A DNA stretch of 64,000 bases. Source: a bacterium (lineage in GTDB: Bacteria; Zixibacteria; MSB-5A5; GN15; FEB-12). Positions 1 through 9,412 of this stretch are shown here, in pieces. The stretch is from contig JBDRNJ010000084.1 in NCBI GenBank assembly GCA_043811375.1, positions 1 through 64,000 on the forward strand, in the 5' to 3' direction. Every line of letters starts with the position of its first letter. Position 1 is the stretch's first letter. A program made the translations under genes and the position numbers. Under the pieces are notes generated by a model that saw nothing but the letters and a program-made list of their open reading frames with translations, did no database searches and was not told where the DNA came from.

Positions 1-72
1 TGGCAAGTCAGAACTCTCCAGCAGGCGCACCGCATTGAGCTTGAAATCTCGGTCAAAATGACGTCGTAACAT
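1..72 (-). CDS. IS3-family transposase OrfA, N-terminus (partial)
   Basis: Manual translation MLRRHFDRDFKLNAVRLLESSDLP... matches the HTH_Tnp_1 start pattern (RRxFxxEFKxxAVxL). RBS at 81-87. Confidence 0.85.
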   Translation of the reverse strand, partial: MLRRHFDRDFKLNAVRLLESSDLP

Positions 73-140
73 TAAAAACACCTCCTCAGGTCAATCTAAC
101 ACGACCTTCGTAAAGTGTCCACTTTATTGGGGCAAGATCA
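1..140 (-). mobile_element. IS3-family insertion sequence, left end (runs off the window start)
   Basis: Minus strand from 140 reads TGATCTTGCCCCAATAAAGTGGACAC, close to the E. coli IS3 terminus TGATCTTACCCAGCAATAGTGGACAC. It is followed by a GAGGAGG RBS and the orfA start. Confidence 0.85.
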
Positions 141-159
141 AACCCCCTGCGGTTCCGAC
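141..159 (+). repeat. Truncated REP hairpin abutting the IS3 end
   Basis: AACCCCCTGCGGTTCCGAC is the 3' part of the REP GTAGGTCGGAACCCCTTGCGGTTCCGA seen at 8256-8282 (minus strand), with 1 mismatch. Confidence 0.65.
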
Positions 160-467
160 AACTCCGCATGCATCACCGAGATCTTCCCATCTACTACCTT
201 CAGGCGATCCCGGTGGTCAGGCCAAAATGGGTTTGTTTCGTAATTTTATGTTTTTTCGTTCTTTTTGGGACCCCCATCGTTTGCTGTTTGCGCATTTCGA
301 CCGTTGGCCTTGAGTTGTCTTTGGATGATTTTTGCTGCCATTTGTCTACACCAGTAAGCGACGATATCTACCCTCACTTAATGTGAAGGGCACCCGTAAC
401 AACACGGCAGTTGTAGGGAGAATGATCAGGTGATGCTGCGGTGTGGATGCGAGCGTAACGCGTCCGG

Positions 468-499
468 ATTCCCCTCCAAACAAGTTTGAAGGGGCCACC
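468..499 (-). repeat. GTGG-type REP-like palindrome
   Basis: ATTCCCCTCCAAACAAGTTTGAAGGGGCCACC. Near-identical copy at 2739-2771 and partial inverted copy at 11874-11890. Confidence 0.8.
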
Positions 500-565
500 C
501 GCCGATCTACGACCACCTGCACGAGGCGATGCTGGGGAGGAAGTAAGGCGAATGTGCGCAGAAAT

Positions 566-592
566 GTAGGGCAGGTCTGGAACAGACCTGCC
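566..592 (+). repeat. GTAG-type REP
   Basis: GTAGGGCAGGTCTGGAACAGACCTGCC. The copy at 25823-25849 differs by 1 loop base. Confidence 0.85.
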
Positions 593-623
593 AACAGATA
601 TGCCATAAGCCGGTAGAACACGC

Positions 624-1601
624 ATGGAGATTCTTCTTGACAACAGGGAGAATGCGAAATACATTACTGTCAGTGAGACAGAACTGATGATTATCACGTC
701 TATCCCCGCTGGACACCTTATACGGATTCTGAGTAAGCACAATTATGAAAGAGAATACCAAGTAGTCTGTTTTTTTCTTGTGCGCCAGATAACGGGAAAA
801 AAGCTGTTGCTGGACCTGTATAGAGAAATCGCGTCATTTGACAGCCTCAGCAGTAACATGATGCTTCTGGTGCTCTTCTATGGTGATCCGAACAGTTACG
901 ATGCTATCCGAGAAACCAGAGAGGACCTCTGGAAAACCGATCCCGAAATGATGGAGCGCCTTCATTACCACCATTGCAGGGAGTTGAAGATGCGCTTAAC
1001 AATAGAAATGGCAAGTTGGGAGAAGCCCGGTGAGGGTAGCGAGCATTCGATCTACAAACTTCTTAATCCTCATTATGAAACTGGAACACAGGAGCATTTC
1101 AAGGGGTACTTCGATGACGATTATTATCTGAAGAGCATGACTCAACAGACCGATGAGTTGAAGCGCGCACTGGAACTGTCGGAGGACGATTTGCCATGCC
1201 TTGCGTTCATCGATCGCAAGACCGGGGAAGTGTCGTTGCTCCACTGCCATTCTGAAGATGATGTGCTGGTCATCTATCAGGCCATTAGGACATTAGTCGT
1301 TCGAAATCTTGAACGAGGTTGGAAGCGAGAAAAGCTTGCTGAGAAGCTCGAGAAAAAACGAGAACGACTGCAAGAACTTAGCAAGCGTAAAGATATGTCC
1401 CCTAGAGGCATAGAGCAGTTTCGCGAAGACCTAGCCGCTTTAGAATCACAGTTTGCATCGATGCCGGAACCTGAGCCGATTGACTCTCTTCTGACAGAGA
1501 TCGAAAGGAACCGCAAGTTCCGTACGAGAGCGAAGAAGCTCATCAAAGGTGTCAGGACTGCTGAAAAGCTATTCCTGCGGGTGCTAAAGGTATTTGGCTA
1601 A
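624..1601 (+). CDS. Hypothetical protein (alpha/beta N-terminal part, charged coiled-coil C-terminus)
   Basis: 325-aa ORF with natural composition, a DDLPCLAFID segment and an E/K/R-rich helix. Sits between a REP and an IS remnant. Confidence 0.7.
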   Translation: MEILLDNRENAKYITVSETELMIITSIPAGHLIRILSKHNYEREYQVVCFFLVRQITGKKLLLDLYREIASFDSLSSNMMLLVLFYGDPNSYDAIRETREDLWKTDPEMMERLHYHHCRELKMRLTIEMASWEKPGEGSEHSIYKLLNPHYETGTQEHFKGYFDDDYYLKSMTQQTDELKRALELSEDDLPCLAFIDRKTGEVSLLHCHSEDDVLVIYQAIRTLVVRNLERGWKREKLAEKLEKKRERLQELSKRKDMSPRGIEQFREDLAALESQFASMPEPEPIDSLLTEIERNRKFRTRAKKLIKGVRTAEKLFLRVLKVFG

Positions 1602-1617
1602 CATAATCGCAATTATT

Positions 1618-1848
1618 TGTAGTAGTTAATACTTAACCTGACACCGCCTGTTCTGTCTGTACGGTCGAGTTTAGCATTTTCTCTTTTGCCAATTGCACCG
1701 AATCAATGAACGTTGCCATGGGAGTTTTTGCCGAAACAATACTCCCCCATATGGGGTCGTTGTTCGTTGTACTCTAACATCCAATTATCGACATCATCCT
1801 GCAATTCGTCAAGAGTGGTATAGACCTTTTTTGCGGAATGCGATCCGG
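1618..1848 (-). pseudogene. IS481-family transposase C-terminal remnant with right terminal repeat
   Basis: Minus strand encodes RIAFRKK/VYTTLDELQDDVDNWMLEYNEQRPHMGEYCFGK/TPMATFIDSVQLAKEK with two frameshifts in A-runs. It ends in TGTCAGGTTAAGTATTAACTACTACA (TGT...ACA IS481-type end at 1618). Confidence 0.8.
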
Positions 1849-1982
1849 CCGGGTCGCCCACAGCTCTGCTGTGGGAAGTCTGAACCATGGGATAGGATTC
1901 CAATTACGCCACCACCAGTGCCTACTCTTCGCATGTCCGCCCACCGAAGGGGGCTGCGGTACCGATGCCGGGCGGACATTGG

Positions 1983-2009
1983 GGCAGATGTGGACATCTG
2001 CCGCCCACA
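1983..2009 (-). repeat. GTGG-type REP
   Basis: Minus strand TGTGGGCGGCAGATGTCCACATCTGCC. Second copy at about 2794-2822. Confidence 0.8.
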
Positions 2010-2160
2010 GGCACACCCAGATTGGCGATTTTGGCCAATGAATCCATCTGTTTTTTAAGTTGCTTACGGGCGTAGCGATTAATAAGATTTCAGCTAATTG
2101 CAGCTATTGGTTCGGCTTTCATAGGAATTGGTTCAAAATTCGAGCACAGGGAGGTGCTAC

Positions 2161-2574
2161 ATGAATGTCCAGCGCTATGTAATTGGCAGTATCGTCGTCT
2201 TTGTCTTCCTTTTAGCTGCTGAACTGGTATTTCACAGGTTCATATTGGGCGGGTGTTATGGCGATTACACTCCCCTTATCCGGACCGGGTTCTTAAGCAG
2301 CTGGTATGCAATCTGGTTGTTTCTCGGATACCTTATATTCTCCTTTGGTTTCTGTTTTATTTTCACCAGGGGTTATGAGAACAAAGGTATCGGTGAAGGC
2401 ATCAGGTATGGTCTGTACATCGCATTTGCCTTTGCGGTTTCCTCCATCCTGATCGGATACGCAGTATGCTTGATACCCGTGAATTTAGTTCTGAGCTGGA
2501 TTGTAGGCTATTCAGTTATCATGATCCTGGCTGGTATCATCATAGCTGCCATCTATCGGAAACAGCAGCCCTAG
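2161..2574 (+). CDS. Small 4-TM integral membrane protein
   Basis: Four hydrophobic segments and a GxxEGxRYG motif. GGAGGTG RBS precedes ATG 2161, preferred over TTG 2128. Confidence 0.8.
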   Translation: MNVQRYVIGSIVVFVFLLAAELVFHRFILGGCYGDYTPLIRTGFLSSWYAIWLFLGYLIFSFGFCFIFTRGYENKGIGEGIRYGLYIAFAFAVSSILIGYAVCLIPVNLVLSWIVGYSVIMILAGIIIAAIYRKQQP

Positions 2575-2641
2575 GCAGGTATTGACAGAGAGTCCGGCAC
2601 CGATTACCGGATTGTAGGGGTGGTCGGTTGTGGAATGTTGT

Positions 2642-2840
2642 GCTGTCGGGCGACTCTGCCCGACAGCTCTAAATCGCTATAAGCAATCCCGCTGTATGAA
2701 AAAGGCGTCAGGCAGGGTCACCTGACGCCACACAAAAGATTCCCCTCCAAACAAGTTTGTAGGGGCCACACGTCGTAACCAAGGTTCAAAGACGGGTCAG
2801 ATGTGGACATCTGCCGCCCACAAACATCTGCCGCCCACAA
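2642..2840. repeat. Intergenic cluster of different REP-like hairpins between convergent genes
   Basis: Hairpins at 2642-2667, 2704-2733, 2739-2771 and 2794-2822, plus a 17-bp tandem duplication ACATCTGCCGCCCACAA (2807-2823, 2824-2840). Confidence 0.8.
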
Positions 2841-2861
2841 GAGTGGCGCAACGACACACTA

Positions 2862-4598
2862 CTACGCCGGGAATTGCACCCGCGCGAACCAGTCGAGTTC
2901 GATCTCCTCAAATAACCGGTCGCGGCGGCAACAGTCGTCGAAGTGCTGCCAGTCACCGTCTGAAATCGGCTCTCCCTTGATTTTCCGCTCGGCCATCGAT
3001 GCCAGCAGCTTGAAGTCCTGGTAATGTTCGCTAACGCGCAGTTCGGCGTAGTCACGGGCCGCCCAGGTCGAAATTAGAAACTGCCAGTCCGAGGCCGACA
3101 ACAGCATCAACTCCCTGGCCGCCTGCTGGAGTATTCGTTCCATCTCGTCGTCTCTGGCGTCGGGGTTTTCCTGCCAGTGACGAGCCAGTTCGCACATCCG
3201 CGCTTCGCATTCATAGATGTGCTTCCAGGTCCATTCGTTTTCCTGGTTAAGCCAGATATAATGGTGGTTGCCCTGTCCCCAGCTTCCTTCCGGAATTGAA
3301 ATCACGGTTGACGGTTGACAGCGGTCGAGATGTTCACTCAGAAAAGTGAGTTCAACTTCCGGGCTGCGGCTAAGTTGGATCAGTACCTCTTTGAGGAAGT
3401 GCGGACCCTCGAACCACCAGTGCCCGAAAAGCTCGGCGTCGTAGGGGGCGACCACGATACCCGAACGGTCGCTGTCCTGATTGTAGTCGGTCAGAATTTG
3501 TGTGACCTTGCCGGCGAAGTGGTTGGCGTTTTCCGGGATACGAGCCAGCGCCGACTGCCGGTTATATTCCACCTTGTCGGCCAGGTCCGCCTGGGTGGAA
3601 GTTACCGCCCAGTAGCGATGCCCGCCGGGGAAACGCTTCTTGTGGAAATCAAGGTAGTTGCCGTCGCCCGGATAACCGTGTTCTCCCGACCAGACCAGAA
3701 GCCCTGTTTCGGGATCGCGGGTAAAAATAGCGGTTGGTTTCTTACCCTCGGGAGAAGAAGAAACCAGGTATACTTCACGCGGCGTCTTGTTCTTTTCTTC
3801 ATCACGCGGCTGGTATTGCTTTTCAAACTGCCCCCACAGACGTTTCAGCGCCTCGAAACGGTCAATATACACACCCACCGATAGGCCACCCTTGAGCAAC
3901 ACCGAATCAATGATAAAGAAATCCACCCCATTTTCGGTCAGGAACTCTTCGGTGCCTTTTCTCGGATACGACTGCTGCTGCCCCCTTATCGGCACCGGCG
4001 GTTGCCAGTCATAGCGAGGTCGGTAAGCACACTCCGGCAGCCATAACCCGCGCGGCCGGCGGCCGAAATGCTTTTCGTAATTTTTTACGGCAGCTTTAGT
4101 CTGAGCCTGTAGCGATTCATCGCGTGACAGCAGCGGATAGTACCCGTGGGTAGCGCCGCAGGTGATGATCTCCAGATGACCGGCCTCCTGGAGTTTCTTG
4201 AACTCGTAGATGAGATCATGTCCGATATCATCAAAATACTCCAGCGTCCGGCCATAGAAACTCTCCCAAAAATGGGCGTTGGCCAGCATGTTCTGCTGCC
4301 CGTACTTGTAGAATTCCTCGCTGTCGTGCTGGGCCGCCTTGATTTTCTGGTTGAGATACTGCACGAATTCGTCTTTGAAGGCGTTGTCGGCCAATTGCTC
4401 GCACAGCACCGGAGACAGCCCGATAGTGAGTTTGGGGTGGCAACCCTCAGCCACCAGGTCATTGAGTGTTCTCAGGATCGGCAGGTAGGTCTCGGCGGCG
4501 GCCTCGTTGAGCCAGTCTGTTCCGTGCGGCCAGCGTCCGTGGGAGAGGACATAGGGAAGATGGCTGTGCAGGACAAAAGCGAAATATCCCCGGGGCAT
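2862..4598 (-). CDS. GH57 family 1,4-alpha-glucan branching enzyme (DUF1957 C-terminus)
   Basis: HSHLPYV, ETYLP, GLWLPECAY, APYDAELFGHWWFEG and SDWQF motifs. Confidence 0.93.
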   Translation of the reverse strand: MPRGYFAFVLHSHLPYVLSHGRWPHGTDWLNEAAAETYLPILRTLNDLVAEGCHPKLTIGLSPVLCEQLADNAFKDEFVQYLNQKIKAAQHDSEEFYKYGQQNMLANAHFWESFYGRTLEYFDDIGHDLIYEFKKLQEAGHLEIITCGATHGYYPLLSRDESLQAQTKAAVKNYEKHFGRRPRGLWLPECAYRPRYDWQPPVPIRGQQQSYPRKGTEEFLTENGVDFFIIDSVLLKGGLSVGVYIDRFEALKRLWGQFEKQYQPRDEEKNKTPREVYLVSSSPEGKKPTAIFTRDPETGLLVWSGEHGYPGDGNYLDFHKKRFPGGHRYWAVTSTQADLADKVEYNRQSALARIPENANHFAGKVTQILTDYNQDSDRSGIVVAPYDAELFGHWWFEGPHFLKEVLIQLSRSPEVELTFLSEHLDRCQPSTVISIPEGSWGQGNHHYIWLNQENEWTWKHIYECEARMCELARHWQENPDARDDEMERILQQAARELMLLSASDWQFLISTWAARDYAELRVSEHYQDFKLLASMAERKIKGEPISDGDWQHFDDCCRRDRLFEEIELDWFARVQFPA

Positions 4599-4930
4599 CA
4601 GTTTTCTTCTTTGCCGTTGGCGGTATTGGACTCAAAACCGATATTTTTGCCGGTCGCGTGCGACCCGCCATGTATCTTGACTTCGCCGAACTGGCTTTCG
4701 AATTTCTTTAAGTTGTCCGTTAATGCCTGCAGCATCAGCTTAGCATGCATGGGGGTCATTATGATCCGCGACAGTACCTTAGCCCTGGGCATGCGGGGCA
4801 TAACCCGTGCAAAATCCATGACAATCTCTGTCGGCGAGTGCATGATCATGGCCAGGTTGGCGTAAATCCCCTCGGCCTGCTCTTCGGGCAACTCGACGTT
4901 TATTTGCTGTTGTGGTGAGCCTTGTACCAT
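4598..4930 (-). CDS. DUF3467 domain protein
   Basis: AEGIYANLAMIMHSPTEIVMDF...RIIMTPMHAK signature. TGATG overlap with the GH57 gene. Confidence 0.9.
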   Translation of the reverse strand: MVQGSPQQQINVELPEEQAEGIYANLAMIMHSPTEIVMDFARVMPRMPRAKVLSRIIMTPMHAKLMLQALTDNLKKFESQFGEVKIHGGSHATGKNIGFESNTANGKEEN

Positions 4931-5058
4931 TTCCGGATCCCTTCAGCCTGGTAGTGTCAAATTCTCTACTTGTTTAGAGCAATGGATGTTAATATATTTA
5001 TCGGCTAAGTCAACCGTTTTCGCTGTCGGTTGAGTACAAATGAGTAACCGGAAAGAAC

Positions 5059-6093
5059 ATGACGTTACAGACTGACAGAATGCAGACCATCTCCGAAGGG
5101 ATAGGGCAATCCCGAATCCTGATTCTGGGTGATATTATGCTCGACGAGTACCTGTTCGGGGCTGTCAACCGTATCTCCCCGGAAGCGCCGGTGCCGATAG
5201 TGGAAATCACTTCCGGCCGCCAACTGCTGGGAGGGGCCGCTAACGTGGCGGCTAATATACGCGCCCTGGGCGATCAGCCGCTGCTGCTGGGTACTGTCGG
5301 TGAGGATGAAGCTTCCATCAAATTGACCCAGTTGCTCAAACAGAAGGGTATCTCCCCGGAATATATCGTCAATGATCGATCCCGCCAGACTACTATAAAA
5401 ACTCGAGTTATCGCCCACAGCCAGCAGGTTGTACGCGCCGACCGCGAGGACCGGCACGAACTTGACGACAAAACCGAACAAAGGGTGCTCAACAAGTTTC
5501 TGGCGGTGGCTGACAGTATCCAGGCGGTAATCATCTCCGACTACGGCAAAGGCGTTATTACGCAACCATTGCTGGAGAAAGTCATCGAAGTCTGCCTGCA
5601 AAAGGATATCTTCATTGCTGTCGACCCGCAGGATACCCGTTTCAATATCTATCGCCAGGTATCGCTTATCACGCCCAACCACCATGAGGCCGGGTTTGCC
5701 TATGGTCGGCGAATAAGCTCCGAGGCCGACCTGCTGGAAGTCGGCAACGGTCTGCTGAAAAAACTTCAGGCCCGGTCGATCCTGATTACGCGCGGCCCGG
5801 ACGGCATGTCGCTGTTTCAGCAAGGGGCGGAACCGACCCACATTCCGACCTTTGCCCGCCAGGTCTTTGATGTTACCGGTGCCGGTGACACCGTTATCGG
5901 CTGTTTTGTGTCTGCCGTCTGTGCCGGAGCCGACCTGGTGGAGGCCTCTATCGTCGCCAATGTAGGCGCCGGTATCACCGTAGCCGAGGTAGGCACGGCC
6001 ACGGTAACGTTGTCGAATCTGAAAAAAGAGCTTCAGCGGAATGTCAAAAACGGCAACCTGGCAGCGACCGGCCGTCAAACTCAGCAAGTGTAA
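5059..6093 (+). CDS. rfaE1: D-glycero-beta-D-manno-heptose-7-phosphate kinase (PfkB family)
   Basis: GDIMLDEY, RISPEAPVP, GGAANVA, SDYGKG and DVTGAGDT motifs. Confidence 0.93.
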   Translation: MTLQTDRMQTISEGIGQSRILILGDIMLDEYLFGAVNRISPEAPVPIVEITSGRQLLGGAANVAANIRALGDQPLLLGTVGEDEASIKLTQLLKQKGISPEYIVNDRSRQTTIKTRVIAHSQQVVRADREDRHELDDKTEQRVLNKFLAVADSIQAVIISDYGKGVITQPLLEKVIEVCLQKDIFIAVDPQDTRFNIYRQVSLITPNHHEAGFAYGRRISSEADLLEVGNGLLKKLQARSILITRGPDGMSLFQQGAEPTHIPTFARQVFDVTGAGDTVIGCFVSAVCAGADLVEASIVANVGAGITVAEVGTATVTLSNLKKELQRNVKNGNLAATGRQTQQV

Positions 6094-6156
6094 AGATCAC
6101 CGGACCGGTATTTCCGGTCGGGGTTACTGCGTTGTCAGCAGCACGGTATCTGTTCG

Positions 6157-6636
6157 ATGAAATCCAATCGACCCATAGCCAGAACCGGTATCGGCCGGTT
6201 ATCGGCCCGTCTCAGGCGGACTGGCAGGAAGATCGTATTCACCAACGGCGTTTTTGACATACTCCACCGCGGGCATGTCGATTACCTGCGCCAGGCTCGC
6301 TCGTTCGGTGACGTCCTGATCATCGGCCTCAACAGTGATGCTTCCGTGCGACGGCTTAAAGGCGCCGGAAGGCCCCTGCAAAGTCAGCGCGACCGGGCGG
6401 CCGTTCTGCTGGCGCTGGAGACGGTTGATTATGTCGTCATCTTCGGTGAGGACACACCCGACAAACTTATCCGCCAGATCAAACCGGCCGTTCTGGTCAA
6501 AGGCGCCGACTATAAGATTTCCGAGATTGTCGGCGCCGACATCGTCAGATCATACGGCGGTCAGGTGAAACGAGCCCGGCTGACCACCGGTCGCTCCACC
6601 AGCCGGATAGCACAATTGTTGAAGCGCAGCCGGTAG
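6157..6636 (+). CDS. rfaE2: D-glycero-beta-D-manno-heptose 1-phosphate adenylyltransferase
   Basis: FTNGVFDILHRGHVDYL, GLNSDASVRRLKG, LVKGADY and STS motifs. Confidence 0.95.
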   Translation: MKSNRPIARTGIGRLSARLRRTGRKIVFTNGVFDILHRGHVDYLRQARSFGDVLIIGLNSDASVRRLKGAGRPLQSQRDRAAVLLALETVDYVVIFGEDTPDKLIRQIKPAVLVKGADYKISEIVGADIVRSYGGQVKRARLTTGRSTSRIAQLLKRSR

Positions 6637-6728
6637 CTCTCTACCGAAATGATCCTTCAGCCGTCACCGACTGAGCCGATAACAGGAGAAAACAGCAACT
6701 AACAACTGAAAATGATGAGATTTCAACG

Positions 6729-8186
6729 ATGAACAGACAAAGTTATATCGCAATTATAATTGCCGCGCTCACTGTTTTCCTGCTTCTGTCTATCGCCTGC
6801 AGTGATGACAACCCGGCCGCTAACGGAAACGATCAACTCGGTACTGGCGATACTACCGGTGTCAATGACCCGCCTGCTGTGACCAGCCCGATTCCCGACA
6901 CGACGGTGTTCGAGGATAACGGTATCATTGACAACTACCGTGATCTCAACAGCGTGTTAACTGATGTCGAGGACGGTTCTGCCCTGAACTTCCAGGTCTC
7001 TGACAACAGCAACCCTTCTCTGGTTACGGTAGCCATTGATGTTGACAGCGCGGTGGACCTGTCGTTTACCGGCGATAGCCGCGGCACGGCGACGATAGTG
7101 ATCCGGGCCACCGACGGCGATGCGCTCTATGTTGAGGACACTTTCACGGTCACGGTGACGGCGGTCAACGATGCTCCGATGGTGAGTGATATCCCCGATC
7201 AGACGATTGCCGAGGGCGGCACTTTTGCGACCATCGATCTTGATGATTATGTCACCGACGTTGACCATGCCGACGCTGAGATGACCTGGAGTTACGGTGG
7301 TAACAGCCAGTTGACGGTTGATATCACGGCTCGGGTGGCGACCATAACGACGCCGGGAGTTGACTGGACCGGAACGGAGACAATCACTTTCCGGGCTACC
7401 GATCCGGGCAGTTTATATGATGAGGATGCGGCTACGTTTGAGGTTACCGGAGACACGATTATAGATACCACTGGCATAATTATCGCCGATCACCACGCCG
7501 CGGCTGCCTTCGGTTCTATCCCAACATCATATATAGATCAGGCTCGCACGACCTTCAAGATTTTCTACGTGCACACCTCCCACGGCAGCCAGATCGTGGC
7601 TGGTATGGGCATTTTGCAGGATTCCAACAGCACTCTTTATGGCTACAACAACGGTTCCGGCACACTGCAACTTACGGAGTATAGCGATGATCTCGGTCAG
7701 GCTGGCGACACTTCATGGGTGCCGATCACACGGCAGCGCCTTGACCAGACCGGCAACGACATCAACCTGGTCCTCTGGTCGTGGTGTGGCGGCTGTTCGG
7801 ACAACACCGAAACCGGCATCAATATCTATCTGACCGCGGTAGCGGAACTCCAGCAGGATTATCCGGGAGTGCATTTTGTCTACATGACCGGCCACCTGGA
7901 CGGTACCGGGCCGTCCGGCAATCTCTACACTCGCAACAACCAGATACGAGATTACTGCGCCGCCAACGGCAAGATACTGTTCGACTTCGCCGACATAGAA
8001 AGCTATGATCCCGACGGCAACTACTATCCCGACGGCAGCGACGCCTGCGAATGGTGTTACGACTGGTGCGCCTCGTATGGTTGCCCGTACTGCGGTTGCT
8101 CGCACTCGCAATGCTACAACTGCTGGCTGAAGGGGAAGGCTTTCTGGTGGATGCTGGCCCGATTGGCCGGCTGGGACGGCAACTGA
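6729..8186 (+). CDS. Lipoprotein with two cadherin/Ig-like (VNDxP) repeats and a Cys-rich, probably SGNH-like C-terminal domain
   Basis: Lipobox-like SIAC and VNDPP/VNDAP repeats. C-terminal HTSHGSQ, WSWCG, YMTGHLDG, FDFADIESYDPDG and CSHS motifs. Confidence 0.8.
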   Translation: MNRQSYIAIIIAALTVFLLLSIACSDDNPAANGNDQLGTGDTTGVNDPPAVTSPIPDTTVFEDNGIIDNYRDLNSVLTDVEDGSALNFQVSDNSNPSLVTVAIDVDSAVDLSFTGDSRGTATIVIRATDGDALYVEDTFTVTVTAVNDAPMVSDIPDQTIAEGGTFATIDLDDYVTDVDHADAEMTWSYGGNSQLTVDITARVATITTPGVDWTGTETITFRATDPGSLYDEDAATFEVTGDTIIDTTGIIIADHHAAAAFGSIPTSYIDQARTTFKIFYVHTSHGSQIVAGMGILQDSNSTLYGYNNGSGTLQLTEYSDDLGQAGDTSWVPITRQRLDQTGNDINLVLWSWCGGCSDNTETGINIYLTAVAELQQDYPGVHFVYMTGHLDGTGPSGNLYTRNNQIRDYCAANGKILFDFADIESYDPDGNYYPDGSDACEWCYDWCASYGCPYCGCSHSQCYNCWLKGKAFWWMLARLAGWDGN

Positions 8187-8210
8187 AGCGGTGGCATCAC
8201 CACTTTTATT

Positions 8211-8282
8211 GGCGGGGACAAGTCCCACCCTACGCGATTAAAGGTGGTTTACCGCTCGGAACCGCAAGGGGTTCCGACCTAC
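8211..8282 (-). repeat. Two GTAG-type REPs
   Basis: Minus strand GTAGGGTGGGACTTGTCCCCGCC (8211-8233) and GTAGGTCGGAACCCCTTGCGGTTCCGA (8256-8282). Confidence 0.8.
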
Positions 8283-8287
8283 TTTGA

Positions 8288-9172
8288 CTAAAATACAACC
8301 TCCGGGTATGTAGCTATCGGCTTCACTTGAGGGACTCCCAAACCTTGGTCTCGTGTCAGGTGGAGAGTGATCCGGTTGATCCCATAGCACCCAGAGAAGT
8401 GTAGTTCGCCTTCGTTGTTCCGGAATGTGATTTGGCCGGGCCTCTCACTCCAGACAGGACGTACATACCCACCTATAAAACCAAGTTCGTGTCGTCGAGC
8501 ATACAGCTCACTGAGTCTGTAAAGTGAATCGACATCATACTCGGAAACGCTAATCACGTTGTTCCCAAATAGATAACCCAAGAGTACTTTCAGGTTTGTG
8601 AAAGCTGTACTGTCTGGTATGCGATATCCGGTAGGGGGGAGAAGCCTGGAAAAGTTCTCGGTTATCAGCGTGCCGTCTTTGTTCGAAAGAGGAACCAACA
8701 CTGTGTCACCTTCAATCGTCTTGAAAGCAAACCGGCATTGGAATTGTGCATTCCGGATATGCAGTCTGGCCAGATGCCAGCTAAAAAAAAGGTCTTGCAC
8801 AATAGTGCCGGCTACTTGGTGGGACGACAGCACTTGAGAATCATTTCGAGCCCAGAAGAGAGTGAGGTCCATCAATTCCTCAGCCGTAGGTGGCCTCCCT
8901 TCAGGAGCGACAGTGTCGATCTGCCAGTACAATAGAGAATCGTAGAACCGGTTGTATAGCTGTCTGACTTGTGACAAGTCCGAGCATGGAACTGTTGTAA
9001 CGGAGACTACGCGCTGATCGAAACTGAGATCGTTCTTCGATCCGCATTCAGTCTGGCAAATGATCAGGAAAAGGCTGATGACAAGACACAGCACTCCCCG
9101 TAGCAGGCGGGATCTTTTCATCTGTAGCGAAAGTCCATACCTGCAGGCTGGACCTAGTTTTACAAATAGCAT
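8288..9172 (-). CDS. Hypothetical exported/membrane-anchored protein
   Basis: 294-aa ORF with an N-terminal hydrophobic stretch and no recognised family. The start could be the downstream MKRSR ATG. Confidence 0.65.
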   Translation of the reverse strand: MLFVKLGPACRYGLSLQMKRSRLLRGVLCLVISLFLIICQTECGSKNDLSFDQRVVSVTTVPCSDLSQVRQLYNRFYDSLLYWQIDTVAPEGRPPTAEELMDLTLFWARNDSQVLSSHQVAGTIVQDLFFSWHLARLHIRNAQFQCRFAFKTIEGDTVLVPLSNKDGTLITENFSRLLPPTGYRIPDSTAFTNLKVLLGYLFGNNVISVSEYDVDSLYRLSELYARRHELGFIGGYVRPVWSERPGQITFRNNEGELHFSGCYGINRITLHLTRDQGLGVPQVKPIATYPEVVF

Positions 9173-9288
9173 CTTATCTACCCCATCCGGTACAGTAATG
9201 ACAGGGGGCTGTCTTTCGACCTACTTCCCCTTCACCAACTTATTATAACAAAGTGTAACAAGCAACGAAAGCTCATTGCAGAAAGAAA

Positions 9289-9315
9289 GTCGGAACCCCT
9301 GTGGTTCCGACCTAC
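9289..9315 (-). repeat. GTAG-type REP
   Basis: Minus strand GTAGGTCGGAACCACAGGGGTTCCGAC, same stem as 8256-8282. Confidence 0.8.
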
Positions 9316-9412
9316 CACCACAAACAAAACAATTTCACGTTGCATTGACGGCTACCGTGTAGCTACCTTTTGCTTGATTGTCGTAACCACGATTTGACGA
9401 AAGGTAGACAAT

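Noticed and set aside
168..621. Short ORFs 168-386 and 346-621
   Set aside because: No RBS or recognisable motifs; they overlap REP elements.
2642..2840. Repeat cluster as a possible CRISPR array or integron attC array
   Set aside because: The units are different palindromes without constant repeat-spacer periodicity or attC core sites, and no cas or integrase gene is in the window.
5065..6087. 340-aa antisense ORF and the many similar shadow ORFs in the track
   Set aside because: They lie opposite or out of frame to confidently identified genes, which is typical of GC-rich coding DNA.
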